DNA of 64,000 nt from Octopus vulgaris (GCA_951406725.2 OX597833.1:20088001-20152000); one strand, 5' to 3'. Positions 36,239 to 49,422 are shown, counted from the first letter of the stretch. Notes: a model not told the origin generated them from the letters alone. Made by a program: numbers and translations.

Positions 36239-37144
36239 ATATTATTAACAGGCCATCCTGTTATGTCATCGCCATGAAAATAATTTTATTCATTCACTGA
36301 GTACATTTTTTATGCTAGTAAATTTAGATACACTGAAATTTCGAGCTCTTGAATAATACATTGTAATATCCCTTCAGCTTCTTTCCTCTTTCATAATTGC
36401 AGGCCACTCTATTTCATAGTAGTAACAACTGGTCGCAGTATCTCCCAGATTTAACAGAAACAAATACATTTAATCATTTCATTTGACTTCATAAGTTTAA
36501 GAATATCTTCTTAATTGGGTAATGAATTTATCAAAGACCTTCACAGAATTATCCTTTAACATAGGATGGTTGATTCTTATTGAAGACGTAGTTGATTATG
36601 GTAACTTCTCAAGTGTGAAAATTTCAATCCATAATTTCAAGGAGTTAATATCCAATTATAAACATATTTCACGCTTCAGAAGGTGTCGACTAATGAGGTT
36701 GCTTTTACAATAATCAACCACTAGTAATTAACATAATATAAGACAATAAATAGACTACCCCATACTATAGTACCTCCACTGAGCACAGAAACAATGAAAG
36801 ATAAATCCAATCTGAGGAGGATATGAATGATTATGTAGTTTGTCTAATGCCCTACAAATTTCTCCACCACCATGATATGCAAATCATTGTCTTTATTTTA
36901 ACGCCCACTTTTCTATGCTTGCATGGTTTGATGGTATTTTATTAATCAAGGTGTATTTTCTATGGCTGAATGTCCTTCCTTTCACCAATCCTCAATTGTT
37001 TTCAAGTGAGGTTAATAATGTCCCCATGATCAGAAAATGTTTTCACAGAAAATTGGAAATAAAAGACACCACTTACATGGCAACAACACTCAGTTACAAC
37101 TATCACATGAAGTCAAGGCAAAGAGACAGTAACACACACACACA

Positions 37145-37174
<30 letters not shown>

Positions 37175-37181
<7 letters not shown>

Positions 37182-38116
37182 TAAGTCAAAAATTGTAGGC
37201 ACTCTTCCTTCTGTAATTTATCAAAACAAAAGCAAGGTTGAACAATTACATCACTTTTTTGTCGGTGCTCCCTTGCTTTTCAATGCACTTATTCCAGTGG
37301 TCCACAACCTCGTTTATTCCTATTTCTTTACTGCCCACAAGGGGCTACACAAAGAGGGGACAAACAAGGACAGACAAATGGATTAAGTCGATTATATCAA
37401 CCCCAGTGCATAACTGGTACTTATTTAATTGACTCCCGAAAGGATGAAAGGCAAAGTTGACCTCGGCGGAATTTGAACTCAGGACGTAGCGGCAGATGAA
37501 ATACCGCTAAGCATTTCGCCCGGCATGCTAATGATTCTGCCAGCTCGCCACCTTTATTCCATCAGAGAAGGTTTTCATCACATTGCACAGCCATTTATGC
37601 ACCATATCCTGTACTTCTTCATCTGCAGCAAATTGATGACCTTGTAAAGAATGTTTGAACATGCCATCGATGGTCACTTGTCAGTTCACCAGAACCATCT
37701 CTCAAGTTTGTTGAATTTTCACTTCAGTGGTAGGGTTGAAGGGTGTCCTGTTCCTTCTACATGCTTCAGGCTTATCTGGCCATTTTTAAACTTCTCAGCT
37801 CACTCATACACACTTCTACAAAGTAGAGCAGTGTCCTCGTATTGTACTGAACACCTGCAATGAATTTCAGCTCCTGACATACTTTCAGACCAGAGAAATC
37901 AGATCACTGATTTCTGTTCTTCCTAAGAGCACACAGCCAGTGGAGCGGCCATGTTTACTCTGTAACACAAGAAAGAAAACTAGAGCAATGACAATCAAAC
38001 CTTAGTTATGTTAGCACAAAAGTGCCACCTTTTAGCATGCAAACACTGAAGTCAGAGCAACCAACCTAAAGAAAGTTTTGGTGAAAATTGTTAATGAGTT
38101 TTGACTTCCCCTAGTA
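37175..38116 (-). mobile_element. Internally deleted mariner transposon with a family B SINE insertion (37321-37552)
   Basis: TIRs CGAGGGTAAGTCAAAA / TTTTGACTTCCCCTAG; minus-strand remnants MAAPL..EEQKSVI*FLW..AEIH and VDHWNKCIEKQG; SINE TSD TTTATTCC. Confidence 0.75.
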
Positions 38117-38618
38117 TGTGTACGTATGTACACACACACACACACAACAAGCTTGTTTCAATTTTCCATCCATCAAATCCACTCATAAAGCTTTGGTCAG
38201 CCCTGAGCTAGACTAGAAAACACTTGGCCAAAGTACCACACAGTGGGACTGAACCTGAAACCATGTGCTTGGGAAGCAAACTTCTTACCACACAGCCATG
38301 CTTGCATAATATATATTTATTTGATTTCTAATAAAGGCACAAGAAGATCCCAAATTTTGGGGAGATGTATTGTTGATGTCACTGAGTTATTTTATCAACC
38401 AGGGATGGACAAAAGGTAAAAACTGATTTTGGTGCTATTTGAATGCAAAATGTAAAGAAACATAGATAAATACTGAAAGATCTTGCAGTATTTAGCTGTT
38501 TCTTTACCTCCACTGCTCTAATGAATTCTTCTCTCCACCCCATCTTTTCAATCAAATAGTTTCAAAATTGTTTTAGTAACAAGAGTGAGTTTATTTATGA
38601 CAGACAGACATAGATATT

Positions 38619-39500
38619 AGGCATTGGTATGGCTATGTGGTTAGGCAACTCAATTCACAATCGTATGATTTTGAGTTCAGTTCCACTGAACAGTAGCTTG
38701 GGTAAGTGTCTCCTACTATATCTCTGGGCCAACCAATGCCTTGCGAGTTAATTTGGTAGATGGAAAATGTGTGGAAGCCCATTGTATTATATATATATGT
38801 GTGTGCATGTATGTATGTATGTATGTATGTCACTCATCTGTCTCGTTTTATGACTACGAAGATGACTCATGAGTCCAGCTTTACTGAGGCAGGGTCTTGC
38901 ACAGACATTGCATGTCAGAATCAAAGGCAGACCCTTCCCTTCTGGAAGTGTAACAGTGATGCCCTTCCTGACATCCCTCCTTACTGGCCACTGGTGGTGG
39001 TGTAACACACCATACTAATCATATCTGTCGGGCATGTGGAAGAGAGTGTAATTCGGCAGGAGGACTTAAACGACATGCAAAGGTACATGAAGCCCAGTTA
39101 CAACTACAGCCGGCTATTACCACTAAAGGTTTTAGCTGCCAATTTTGTACAAGACATTGTAGATCTTTAGCTGGGCAAAAAAGTCACATTCGATCACAGC
39201 ACCAGTAACAGTTAAGCTTCGTGCAATGGCCATACTCGATAATGAGGGGGCAGCCATAATGTATGTATGTATGTATGTATGTGCACGTCTGTTTTTATGC
39301 TTGACTCCTGTTATCACTCGACAACTGGTGTTAGTTTATTTACTTCCTCACAACTTGGCATTTTGGCAAGAGATATGAATAGAATAAGGAGCAGACTTAA
39401 AAGAAATACTGGCATTGATTCGTTTGACAAAAACCCTTCAAGGCAATGACTCAGGATGGCCACAGTTGCATGAATGAAACAAGTGAAATGTAAAATGAAG
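38619..39500 (+). mobile_element. Family A SINE interrupted in its (TATG)n by a LINE fragment
   Basis: Head at 38619-38830, tail at 39280-39500. Confidence 0.8.
38831..39280 (+). mobile_element. RTE-type LINE 3' end with inverted 5' segment; C2H2 zinc-finger coding remnants
   Basis: Minus 38990-38831: CNVCARPCLSKAGLMSHLRSH; plus 39014-39208: CRACGRECNSAGGLKRHAKVH...CQFCTRHCRSLAGQKSHIRSQH*; short 3' UTR and (ATGT)n tail. Confidence 0.75.
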
Positions 39501-39719
39501 AAAAGAATATATACAGCAAAAGAGAAAGAGAGAGAACAAGAAAGGGAAAAAGAGAGATATTATGTAAATAAAAAAGAGAAAAAGCAAGAAAATCATGAAT
39601 TCTTTGGTTATAATTTCCATTTTGTCAAGAAAATAGTTGTATAAATTACGTTTCATTACCATTTAGATCTATGTAGATATAAAACAACAACAACAACAAC
39701 AACAATAATGAAAATAATA

Positions 39720-40114
39720 ATGATTTCAAATTTTGGCACAAGGCCAGCATGTTTGGGGTAGAGGTAAGTCAATTACATCGATCCCAGTAACTCATATTTA
39801 TTTTATTGATTTTGAAAGAATGAAAGGCAAAGTCAACCACAGCAGAATTTGAACTCAGAACATAAAGATAGATGAAATACCTATTTCTTTACTACCCACA
39901 AGGGGCTAAACACAGAGGGGACAAACAAGGACAGGCAAATGGATTAAGTCGATTATATCAACTCCAGTGCGTAACTGGTACTTATTTAATCGACCCTGAA
40001 AGGATGAAAGGCAAAGTCGACCTCGGCAGAATTTGAACTCGGAACGTAGCGGCAGATGAAATACCACTAAGCATTTTGCTCAGTATGCTGACGTTTCTGC
40101 CAGCTCACTGCCTT
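39720..40114 (-). mobile_element. Family B SINE dimer-like copy
   Basis: Junction GATGAAATAC-CTATTTCTTT near 39871-90, as in the other dimers. Confidence 0.8.
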
Positions 40115-40129
40115 AATAATGATAATAAT

Positions 40130-40347
40130 AAAGGCAGCGAGCTGGCAGAAACATTAGCATGCCGGGTGAAATGCTTAGTTACATTCTGAATTCAAACTTC
40201 ACCAAGGTCGACTTTGCCTTTTATCCTTTCGGGGCCGATTAAATAAGTACCAGTTATGCACTGGGGTCGATGTAATCAACTTAATCCCTTTGTCTGTCCT
40301 TGTTTGTCCCCTCTATGTTTAGCCCCCTGTGGGTAATAAAGAAACAA
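40130..40347 (+). mobile_element. Family B SINE, head-to-head with 39720-40114
   Basis: AAGGCAGCGAGCTGGCAGAA head. Confidence 0.85.
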
Positions 40348-40521
40348 ATAATGATAATAACAACGTTTTCTACGAAAGGCACAAGGCCTGAAATTTTAGG
40401 GGAGGGGACTAATTGATTACTTACACACCTAGTATGTAACTGGTACTTATTTCATAGACCCTGAAAGGATCTATGAAGCATTTTGCCCGGCACGCTAAGG
40501 ATTCTGCCAGCTCACTGCCTT

Positions 40522-40740
40522 GAGGAGGAGGAGGAGGCGGAGGAGGGGGAGAGAGGATAAGGATGAGGAGGAGGAGGAAGATGAGGAGGCGGAGGAGGAG
40601 GGGGAGAGGGGATAAGGATGATGATGAGGAGGAAGATGAGGAGGCGGAGGAGGAGGAGGAAGAGGAAAATGATGAGGAGGAGGAGGGGAGGAAGAGGAAG
40701 ATGATGATGATGATGAGGAGGAGGACAGCAGCAGTAGTAA
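40522..40740. repeat. Purine-rich (GAG)/(GAT) low-complexity tract
   Basis: Direct inspection; explains the poly-S/P/E ORFs. Confidence 0.9.
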
Positions 40741-41074
40741 CATTGCTAGTTTTAAATAAAAGTATCTAGATTCATAACGAGATGCAGACTAATGACTGAT
40801 GACAATACCTGTCAACAAGTAGAAACATGTCATTCTTAATGCAGTTAATAGATCCAATGCCAGTATTTCTTTTCGCTTTTACTTCTTTCTTTTTTTTTTT
40901 TTTCAGTATTAAGCCATTATGAATTTTTAATGATCCATTAATTATGATAACATTAAACACAGCAACAAAAAAAGACAAGTCAGTGAAGCAACCTCTCTAT
41001 ATAGTTGCTTGACCTACTAAAAAAAAACACCAAATAAACACTCAAATCACACCTGGCCGTCTTAAAAATAACAC

Positions 41075-41111
<37 letters not shown>

Positions 41112-42436
41112 ATATTATTTTCTTTTATTCTTTTACTTGTTTCAGTTAGTTGACTGCGGCCATGCTGGAGCACCACCTTTTAGTCAAAGAAATTGATCCC
41201 TGGACTTATTCTTTGTAAGCCTGGTGCTTATTCTGTCAGACTCTTCTGCCAAACCACTAAGCTATGGGGACGCAAACACACCAAAATTGGTTGTCAAATG
41301 ATGGTGTGGTGAGGGGCAAACACAGACATAAACACACACACATATATACACATGTATATACATATCTATATATACACATATATAAATAGATAGAGACATG
41401 TATACATATATAACAGGCATGGCTGTGTGGTAGGAAGCTCGCTTCCCAATCACATGGTTCTGCGTTCAGTCCCACCTTGGGCAAGTGTCTTCTACTATAG
41501 CCTCAGGCTGATCAAAGCCTTGTGAGTGGATTTGGTAGGGGGTCGATCAGTTAAGTACCAGTGAAACACTGGGGTCAATGTGATTGACTAGTGCCATCCC
41601 ACCAAATTTCAGCCCTTCTGCCTATAGTAGAAAGGATTATTATTATTGCTGTTATTATTACCATTTAATGTCTGTGGTGTTTGTGGTGTTATGGGCTGTG
41701 ATGAGCTATGTGGTGTTGGTGGAGAGGATTGCAGACGAAGTAAACAGACGTGAAGACTGCAGGGGCCGGCGGAAGAGCCACGGGTGCATGCGTGGGCAAA
41801 AAGCACATGCAGACAGTCGATGAGAGACGACAGCGTGGAAGGACGTGTTTTTTCTTGACAGTGATCGCTCATCTCACCTAGGTCAACAGATAAGGTCTCT
41901 GTATTTCTTTCTCCCTTTTGCTTCTTTTTCTGTTGTCTTTTTCCTCCATCACACCACAATGTTTACTTTTCCATGTTTGCATGAGTTTATTGAGGCAGAT
42001 TTTCTATGACCAGATGCCCTTCCTATCGCCAGCTCTCACCTGTACCCACCAAGTAAGGTAATGCTTCCCTATGAACAAACATGTTTTCCAAGAATACTGG
42101 AAATGAATGCCACTGCTGGTATGACAGTGATACTTATTTACAAGTGTCATGTGATGTCAAGACAAGGCAATACACACACACGCGCGCGCACGGTGGGCTC
42201 CTTTCAGTTTCCAGCTACCAAATCCACTCAGCAAAGCTTTGGTCAATCCAGGGTTACAGTAGAAGATCACCCAAAGTGCTGTGCAGTGAGACTGAACCTA
42301 AAACCACATGGTTGGGAAGCAAACTTCTTAACCACACAGCCATGGCTGCACATATAATGCCTTCTGGGTAGCTAGCATAATTGATAACTTAGCAGTGGGT
42401 TCATGATTTTTTTGTTTCAATGTTATGCTGTACTAC

Positions 42437-42660
42437 ATCATCATCATCATCGTTTAACGTCCACTTTCCATGCTAGCATGGGTTGGACGATTTGACTGAG
42501 GACTGGCGAACCAGATGGCTGCACCAGGCTCCAATCTTGATCTGGCAGAGTTTCTACAGCTGGATGTCCTTCCTAACACCAACCACTCCGAGAGTGTAGT
42601 GGGTGCTTTTACATGCTACTGGCATGGGGGCCAGTCAGGCGGTACTGGTGACGGCCACGA
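42437..42660 (-). mobile_element. Family C element
   Basis: (CAT)n-CGTTTAACGTCC...CCATGCTAGCATGGGTTGG. Confidence 0.85.
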
Positions 42661-42727
42661 AAAAATCGTGTTTTTTTTTTTACAGGATATATCAATAGAT
42701 ATACCAATTTTTAACCAACCCTGTGTT

Positions 42728-43045
42728 TAGTGGTTCTCAACTGGGGTCCATATAAGATTTTGAGGTGGTCCACAAACAAAATAATAAATTGGGGCCACAG
42801 TAGTATTTTTGGGCCCATGAAAATCTTTTGCTTTAGATGTATCTATTGCATGAAACAGCTTGATTTCTTTCTCTGGCATTTTACATAATTCAACCTACAC
42901 AAGGGAATGTACAATAAACAAAATAGGAATTTTGAAAGAAGTATCTATAAAACTAGGTTTTAAACATTGAATAGCTATGGGGGCCCACCAGAATAAAAGA
43001 GTAATCAAAAGGGATCCATAGATAAAAATGGCTGATAATCACTGA
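42728..43045 (-). mobile_element. hAT-type MITE, same family as 20294-21306
   Basis: TAGTGGTTCTCAAC ... GATAATCACTG; interior is the reverse complement of the first copy. Confidence 0.65.
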
Positions 43046-43249
43046 TGTACATCATCATCTGGTCAGGTGACTTGCTTGGACCAATGCAACTCTTCCATAC
43101 CAGCTGTCCCAATTAAGCGATGCTTTAAACAAGCAGAAATACCTCATCCGTGCACACCACAAGAACAGATAATAGCAGTTGTTCACAAACTGAACTAGTT
43201 TATTTAGCCATTGACAGTTTGTTGCTTGTTTGTCTGCTCAGCATCTACT

Positions 43250-43467
43250 CTCTTTTTACTCTTTTACTTGTTTCAGTCATTTGACTGTGGCCATGCTGGA
43301 GCACCGCCTTTAGTCGAGCAAATCGACCCCAGGACTTATTCTTTTGTAAGCCTAGTACTTATTCTATCGGTCTCTTTTGCCAAACCACTAAGTTACAGGG
43401 ACATAAACACACCAGCATTGATTGTCAAGCAGTGTTGGGGGGACAAACACAGACACACAAACATATT

Positions 43468-43515
<48 letters not shown>

Positions 43516-43672
43516 TACGACAGGCTTCTTTCAGTTTCCATCTACCAAATCCTCTCACAAGGCTTTGGTTGGCCTGAGGCTATAGTAGAAGACACTTGCC
43601 CAAGGTGCCACGCAGTGAGACTGAACCCGGAACCATGTGGTTGGTAAGCAAGTTACTTACCACACAGCCACT
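43250..43672 (-). mobile_element. Family A SINE
   Basis: Reverse complement of the consensus. Confidence 0.9.
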
Positions 43673-44150
43673 AAATATTTATCATTGATTCAATAACTTC
43701 ATTTGCCAAAATAGTTCACATCTACCATGCTGCATCCTGTGCCCTGCCTTGTATGTTACATGCTAGTTAACTTGTAGCTGGGACCCTGACAGGTGCTACT
43801 ACTCAGAGCTAGATTAAACCTGGGAACAATAGCTGCTAAGAGGTGGTTCCACACTCCTCAAAATCGTGGAACTCCAGAACCAGGACCCTACCACCAGATG
43901 CAGTTTAAACAAAAACTAGTAATATATTAAAACAATGCACCAGTATTAATTGAAGCAGCTGCTAAAAATGTATTACATGTGCAAATCGGTCAAGTCATGT
44001 TACTCAAGCATTTGATAATGGACCCAAATTTTTTTTACAAGACCTGCAATTTTGGAGGAGGGGCTAGTCAATTACATTGATCCCAGTGTTCAACTGGTAC
44101 TTATTTTATCAACTCCAAAAGGATGAAAGCAAAGTTGACCTTGGTGGAAT

Positions 44151-44686
44151 CATCATCATCATCATCCAATGTTTGAAATCCAGGTTTTCTTCCTTGTGGC
44201 CAGATCTACCTCAAGGCCATAGCAACTGCCCTAACACCATCTTACCCTGTTTTGGGCATTCTCTTTTCTCAAGCCAACTATCCCAATTTCCTCCACATTT
44301 TCCTCAGTCTACCTCGCTTTCACAGTCCATTTACCTCAAACTTAAGCACCCTCCTCAGCACATACCCATATCACCACACTCCATTCACCCTTGCCAGCCG
44401 TTCCACAGATTCATCAAACCCCAACATCCCCATCAAGTCCTCAGTCCTCTTCTTATCAAACGGCTTCACACCACACATTTCTCTCACTATTGCTCTCTCA
44501 GTCCTTCTCAAATTTGCCATCTCTCTCTCCCTCAGACACCATGTCTCACTCCCACACAACTATAGACCTTACCTTTCATCTTCAATGAGAACCTTTTCCC
44601 ATATAACAATGCTCCACATTCCCTGAACTTCACCCAGCCAAGTCTCACTCTTGCCATCACAGCTGCTTCACATCCACCCTATCTCC
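44151..44686 (-). mobile_element. RTE-clade LINE 3' fragment nested in a family B SINE
   Basis: GSETWCLREREMANLRRTERAIVREMCGV...WYGYVLRR, typical of the RTE post-RT region; (GAT)n tail. Confidence 0.8.
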
Positions 44687-45236
44687 CAAACAAATGCTGC
44701 TAAGCATTTTGCCTGGCATGCTAATGACTGCCAAAACACCATCTTACTGAGGCACTTAATTATAGTAGCTTTAAAAGCAATACTTTTACTAACAGTTATA
44801 AAGACATCTCAGTCATTGATGAAAAGCAGGATTCAAACTAGTCCAACTGACTTCTTTTTCTGTCTGCCAATGTATTCTATATTAACAGATAATGCATTTA
44901 CAACTGTCTAATTATACAGTGATGGTTGATATTCCACAGATAAATTCTGCAATGCATCAGTTATTTGGTATTGAACAATAATCTAAAAATACATTGCTAG
45001 TTTTAAATAAAAGTATTCATTTAGGTATGCAATTAACTACACACTAATGACTGCTAATGTCAACAAATAAAATCATATGATTTTCAATGTGGTTGATTAT
45101 ATCTTTTCCAGTGTTATGTCTTTATTAATTTTGATGATCCAATACTATTTAAGTGCTGACAATGACAACAAAATTGACAACTCAGTGAGGAATTCTATAC
45201 ATGGTTGTTTGAACTAATAGAAATAGCATCCAAATT

Positions 45237-45490
45237 CATCATCATCATCATCGTTTAACGTCCGTTTTCCATGCTAGCATGGGTTGGACGGTTCGACCGG
45301 GGTCTGGGAAGCCAGGAGGCTGCACCAGGCTCCAGTCTGATCTGGCAGTGTTTCTACAGCTGGATGCCCTTCCTAACGCCAACCACTCCGTGAGTGTAGT
45401 GGGTGCTTATTACGTGCCACCGGCACAGGTGCCAGGGGAGGCTGGCAACGGCCACAATCAGTTGGTGCTTTTTACGTGTCACCGGTACGG
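45237..45490 (-). mobile_element. Family C element
   Basis: Reverse complement of the 22785-23065 type. Confidence 0.85.
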
Positions 45491-45541
45491 GAAGAACACA
45501 TAGAGTGTGTGTTTGTGTGTGTGTGTTACATGAGTAAAATG

Positions 45542-46776
45542 TAAGGCTGAGTAAAATGTAAGCAACATTTGGAAACATAAAATCCATCACAATACATTTC
45601 AACAATGCAGAAAGTTTATTCTTCATAGTAAGAACCATTGCAATCAACGTATTTTTGCCAATGAGTTAGAAGTTTGTTTATTCCGGTAACATAAAAATCT
45701 GGAGTTCTGGAGCTGATGAACTCTTTGAATGCACTTTCAGCATCAGCTTGATTTTTGAACTCCTCTCACAGGAAATCATCAAGATGCTTGAAAAAGTGGC
45801 AGTTGGTAGGAGAAAGGTCTGGAGAATAAGCTGGGAGGGGAAGAACTTGGTAGCCAATTTCCCTTAACTTCTGGAGTGTCATTAGTGAAACGTGTGGTCG
45901 AGCATTGTCATGAAGAATGATTGGCCCTCTTTTGTTGACCAGTCTGGTACAGAGAAGTAACAGTTTTTTGTTCATTTTGGCAATTTCATGGCAATATGTT
46001 TCTGCAGTAATGGTCTTTCCAGGTTTTAAGAAGTTATAGTGGATGAAGCTAGCAGTGCACCACTAAACAGTCACCATAACCTTTTTGAAGCACTCAGGTT
46101 TAGGGAAGGTTTCTGGTGCTTCATTTTGGTCCAACCACTGCGAAGAACACTTTTATTATTGTACAGAGACCACTTTTCAATGCAAGTTACAATATGGTCG
46201 AAAAATGGATCGGTCTGGTTACGGAAAAGAAGTGACAAGCAAATTTCATATCTGCAAATTTTTTGATTTTCTGATCACATGCAAATGGTTGCAGGCAGTT
46301 TTCTGTCTAACTTGAAGTTCTTTTGCCAGTTCTCAAGTGGTTTTACGTGGATCTTTCTCAATGACAGTCCTTAATTGACAGTCATTGATGACAGATGGGC
46401 GTCCACTACACTCACAATCTTCAAGGATCAGGTCTCCACTGCAAAATCATTTAAACCATTTTCAAGCAGACCACTCACTGGTAATTTTCTCACCAAATGT
46501 TTCGTTGATATCACGAACAGCTTCAGCTGCTTTATGTCTTTTTTTGAAGTTGAATAGCAAAATTGCCTGAATATCGCACTTTGACAGTTCAACTTCAGAT
46601 TATTGTAACAACAGTAAAAAATATCAATGTTAAATTATTGATGCATTTGGGCACATTTGTGTCAGTATCATCAGACAATTGCAAAAAAATGAATTTAAAA
46701 AATTCACAACTCTGCAAAAATCTGGTACAAATTCTTCATAGTTCAAGATGCTGCTTACTTTTTACTCAACCTGATA
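45542..46776 (-). mobile_element. Near full-length decayed mariner transposon
   Basis: TIRs TAAGGCTGAGTAAAATGTAAGCA / TGCTTACTTTTTACTCAACCTGA; ILHDNARPH and AYSPDLSP motifs; multiple stops and frameshifts. Confidence 0.85.
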
Positions 46777-47220
46777 TATAAGACAAGGTATAAATAAAGG
46801 TCATTACATATTTTTCCTTTACCAGAACAGATTTGGCTTAGCTCTGATGAAAGTAGCATTAATTCTTTTAGATCATTCAATTTTTCTGAACTGATCAATA
46901 GGGCAATTGAGTAAACCTATCAGTAACGTACCTATAATGACTACTGGAAACAGGTGTAAGCCAAATTTGCTATAATAAAGAAAAAATATGTAATGACTAT
47001 TATATATACCTTTTCTTATCATCCGTGTAAAAACCAGTTTGTCTGGAGCCCAACCATGGATTTATAACATAGAATTATGATGAACCATAACCTTCGGGTC
47101 TTGCCATAAGAATACTTGAAGTTCTTCACTAATCTAAACAATATTGTTAGCCTGGTGTACCAACAGAGAGCTTATGAAGTATTGATAATCCTTCGCTATT
47201 AGTTCTGTTAAATATATAGA

Positions 47221-47400
47221 CATATATATATATATAAAGGATTACAAAAAATGGGACAAGAATGCAAAACATCCAGACAGATGATACAAAAAAGGGACAA
47301 GAAAAATCAAGGACAGTTTTTCTGGTCCCTTTTTTGTATCATCTGTCTGGATGTTTTGCGTTCTTGTCCCATCTTTTGTATACCTTTTTATATACATATG
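47221..47400. repeat. Long inverted repeat (~60 bp core arms, ~10 nt loop)
   Basis: TACAAAAAATGGGACAAGAATGCAAAACATCCAGACAGATGATACAAAAAAGGGAC followed by its reverse complement. Confidence 0.9.
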
Positions 47401-48459
47401 GCAGCATACATATACTTTGGTCTCATATGTAAGTACATATATACACACATACACACACACATATTCCAGGATATGATAAGTTCAAAGAAGTTATGCCTGG
47501 TCACTTAGAATAAAGGACTCAAAGATAAGTCTGGGTGAATAAAAATTTTATCTGTAATTGCTAGTTTGACAAAATATATTTTGTCAAACTAAGGTTTATG
47601 GATAAAATGTACATATGTATGTGTATCTATATGTACACACACACACACACAGAGGACTACAGGAGTCAAAATTTTAAAAGAGAAGGAATGGTCAAGGTTT
47701 GATTGGATGCCTATGTTATAGGCCCACTTCTATGTGTACATGGTTTATAATATATAGGATTATCTTTGTTTACTGAAATAGTTTGTCCTGCTTCACACAC
47801 TGATAAAAATTTACCAAAAACCTCTGCTTCAAAATACATATAATGAGACTAGTATATGAAAGGTAGGACGGAAAGCACAACTTAAGGATTATTTTCATAT
47901 CAGACACCAAGTCCAAATATCTGCAACAGAGTGGACTCTCCTAAAGACTTCCAAAAGGCCAAGTGGTGGTGTTAAAATGTGTGACAGATTATTGTATTTG
48001 ATAGCATAAAAACACGTGCCAGGCATGCATATTCAGGGATAAGTTTTTAGTTCATTAAAGATTATAGGAGGTCAAACTGTATATAGGACCTAGGATGGTC
48101 ACAGGCCCTAAGCACTTAAAAGATTTCAGTGCCTCTATATATATGTGAGTCAAAGTATAAACAATAATAAACCATAAAATAATTTTTTTTATTTTTCAAA
48201 ATGGAACAAATCTAACAGTAAGATAGAAAAAATAAAGTTTATTTTTCTCTACTTCCACTTTATTTATATTTCCAAAGTTTTCTCCTATGTTTTTGATAGC
48301 AAAAATCTTTGATTAGATCCTTACTATGGCACCATGAACACTTTGAAATTATATTTCTGATCGTATAAACCACTGCAAATACTATTTTGGCAAGTTTAAA
48401 ATGATTTCTTTAGTGCCATTAACCATTTACTATTTCTGTGGTGCCCCAAGCACGTGCTT

Positions 48460-48511
48460 CATCATCATCATCTGGTTAACGTACCTGGTGCCTTAGACCA
48501 CTTGGCCATTC
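48460..48511 (-). pseudogene. tRNA-Leu 5' fragment retrocopy with (GAT)n tail, inside a tiny MITE (48411-48544)
   Basis: Minus strand GAATGGCCAAGTGGTCTAAGGCACCAGG-TACGTTAACCA-(GAT)4; TGCTT direct repeats at 48455-59 and 48512-16. Confidence 0.55.
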
Positions 48512-49369
48512 TGCTTATTTTGCTTAATGGTTAATCCAGCACTGAACGGACATCAAATACATTAAATCTTTGACACAGTCCAGCTGACAAATTTCTACAG
48601 TTTCCCACAATGAAATACACAAGGTCTGGGTTGGAAATACTAGGTATGTAAGTGAATGTGAAAGATGTGAATGACAAAACACTCACGTGTGCATGTGCGT
48701 GTGCATGTGTGTGTGTGTTGATTTGGGGATTTTTTCCCTACTTTTAGATGCTTTATTTGATCACCAACTTCTCCTCTTCTTAACAATTAGCATAACAAAA
48801 ATAAACATCTCCTGATCATACAACCCACACTTGTCAATACAAAAAGGAAGGGCTGAACATCTAAATATCTAATAATCTCTCATGTATTTAACCTAAAAAC
48901 TGTAATGAAGATCTGAACTTCAATTACGTGTCTATATACTACATATATACATTCTCACAGACAGACACACACGTGCTGAAATCTATTTAGACACAAGATT
49001 GTTTTCAAATAAATCAAATCTTGATAGTTTTAGCTAGTCGCGCTAAGCCATTGTTAGCCCATTAGTGTATCAGAGAGTCATACATGGCTAGCTTGCGTAG
49101 AAAAGCACCACAAGAGAATTCGAAATAGCAAACACACATAGATGGAGTGTTGTGTCGAACCTCAGACTAATCAATAACAATCGCCACTGACGTGTGTAAG
49201 TGAATTTAGACTGGAATCATAGCTTGGTGAAAACTACAAATTAACTGACAAGACAATAATACAAGTAAAATAGACATTATAACTTGTCTTGTTTCAGATC
49301 TTACATACTGACATCAATACACATGCACAAACACACACACACATACGTACATGCATATACATATATACA

Positions 49370-49391
49370 TATACATGCACAAACATATCTA

Positions 49392-49422
<31 letters not shown>

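Noticed and set aside
38972-39208. Host C2H2 zinc-finger gene exon
   Set aside because: No splice signals or TGEKP linkers; has a retroelement tail and sits inside a SINE
40495-40769. Acidic and proline-rich ORFs
   Set aside because: GAG/GAT low-complexity tract next to a SINE
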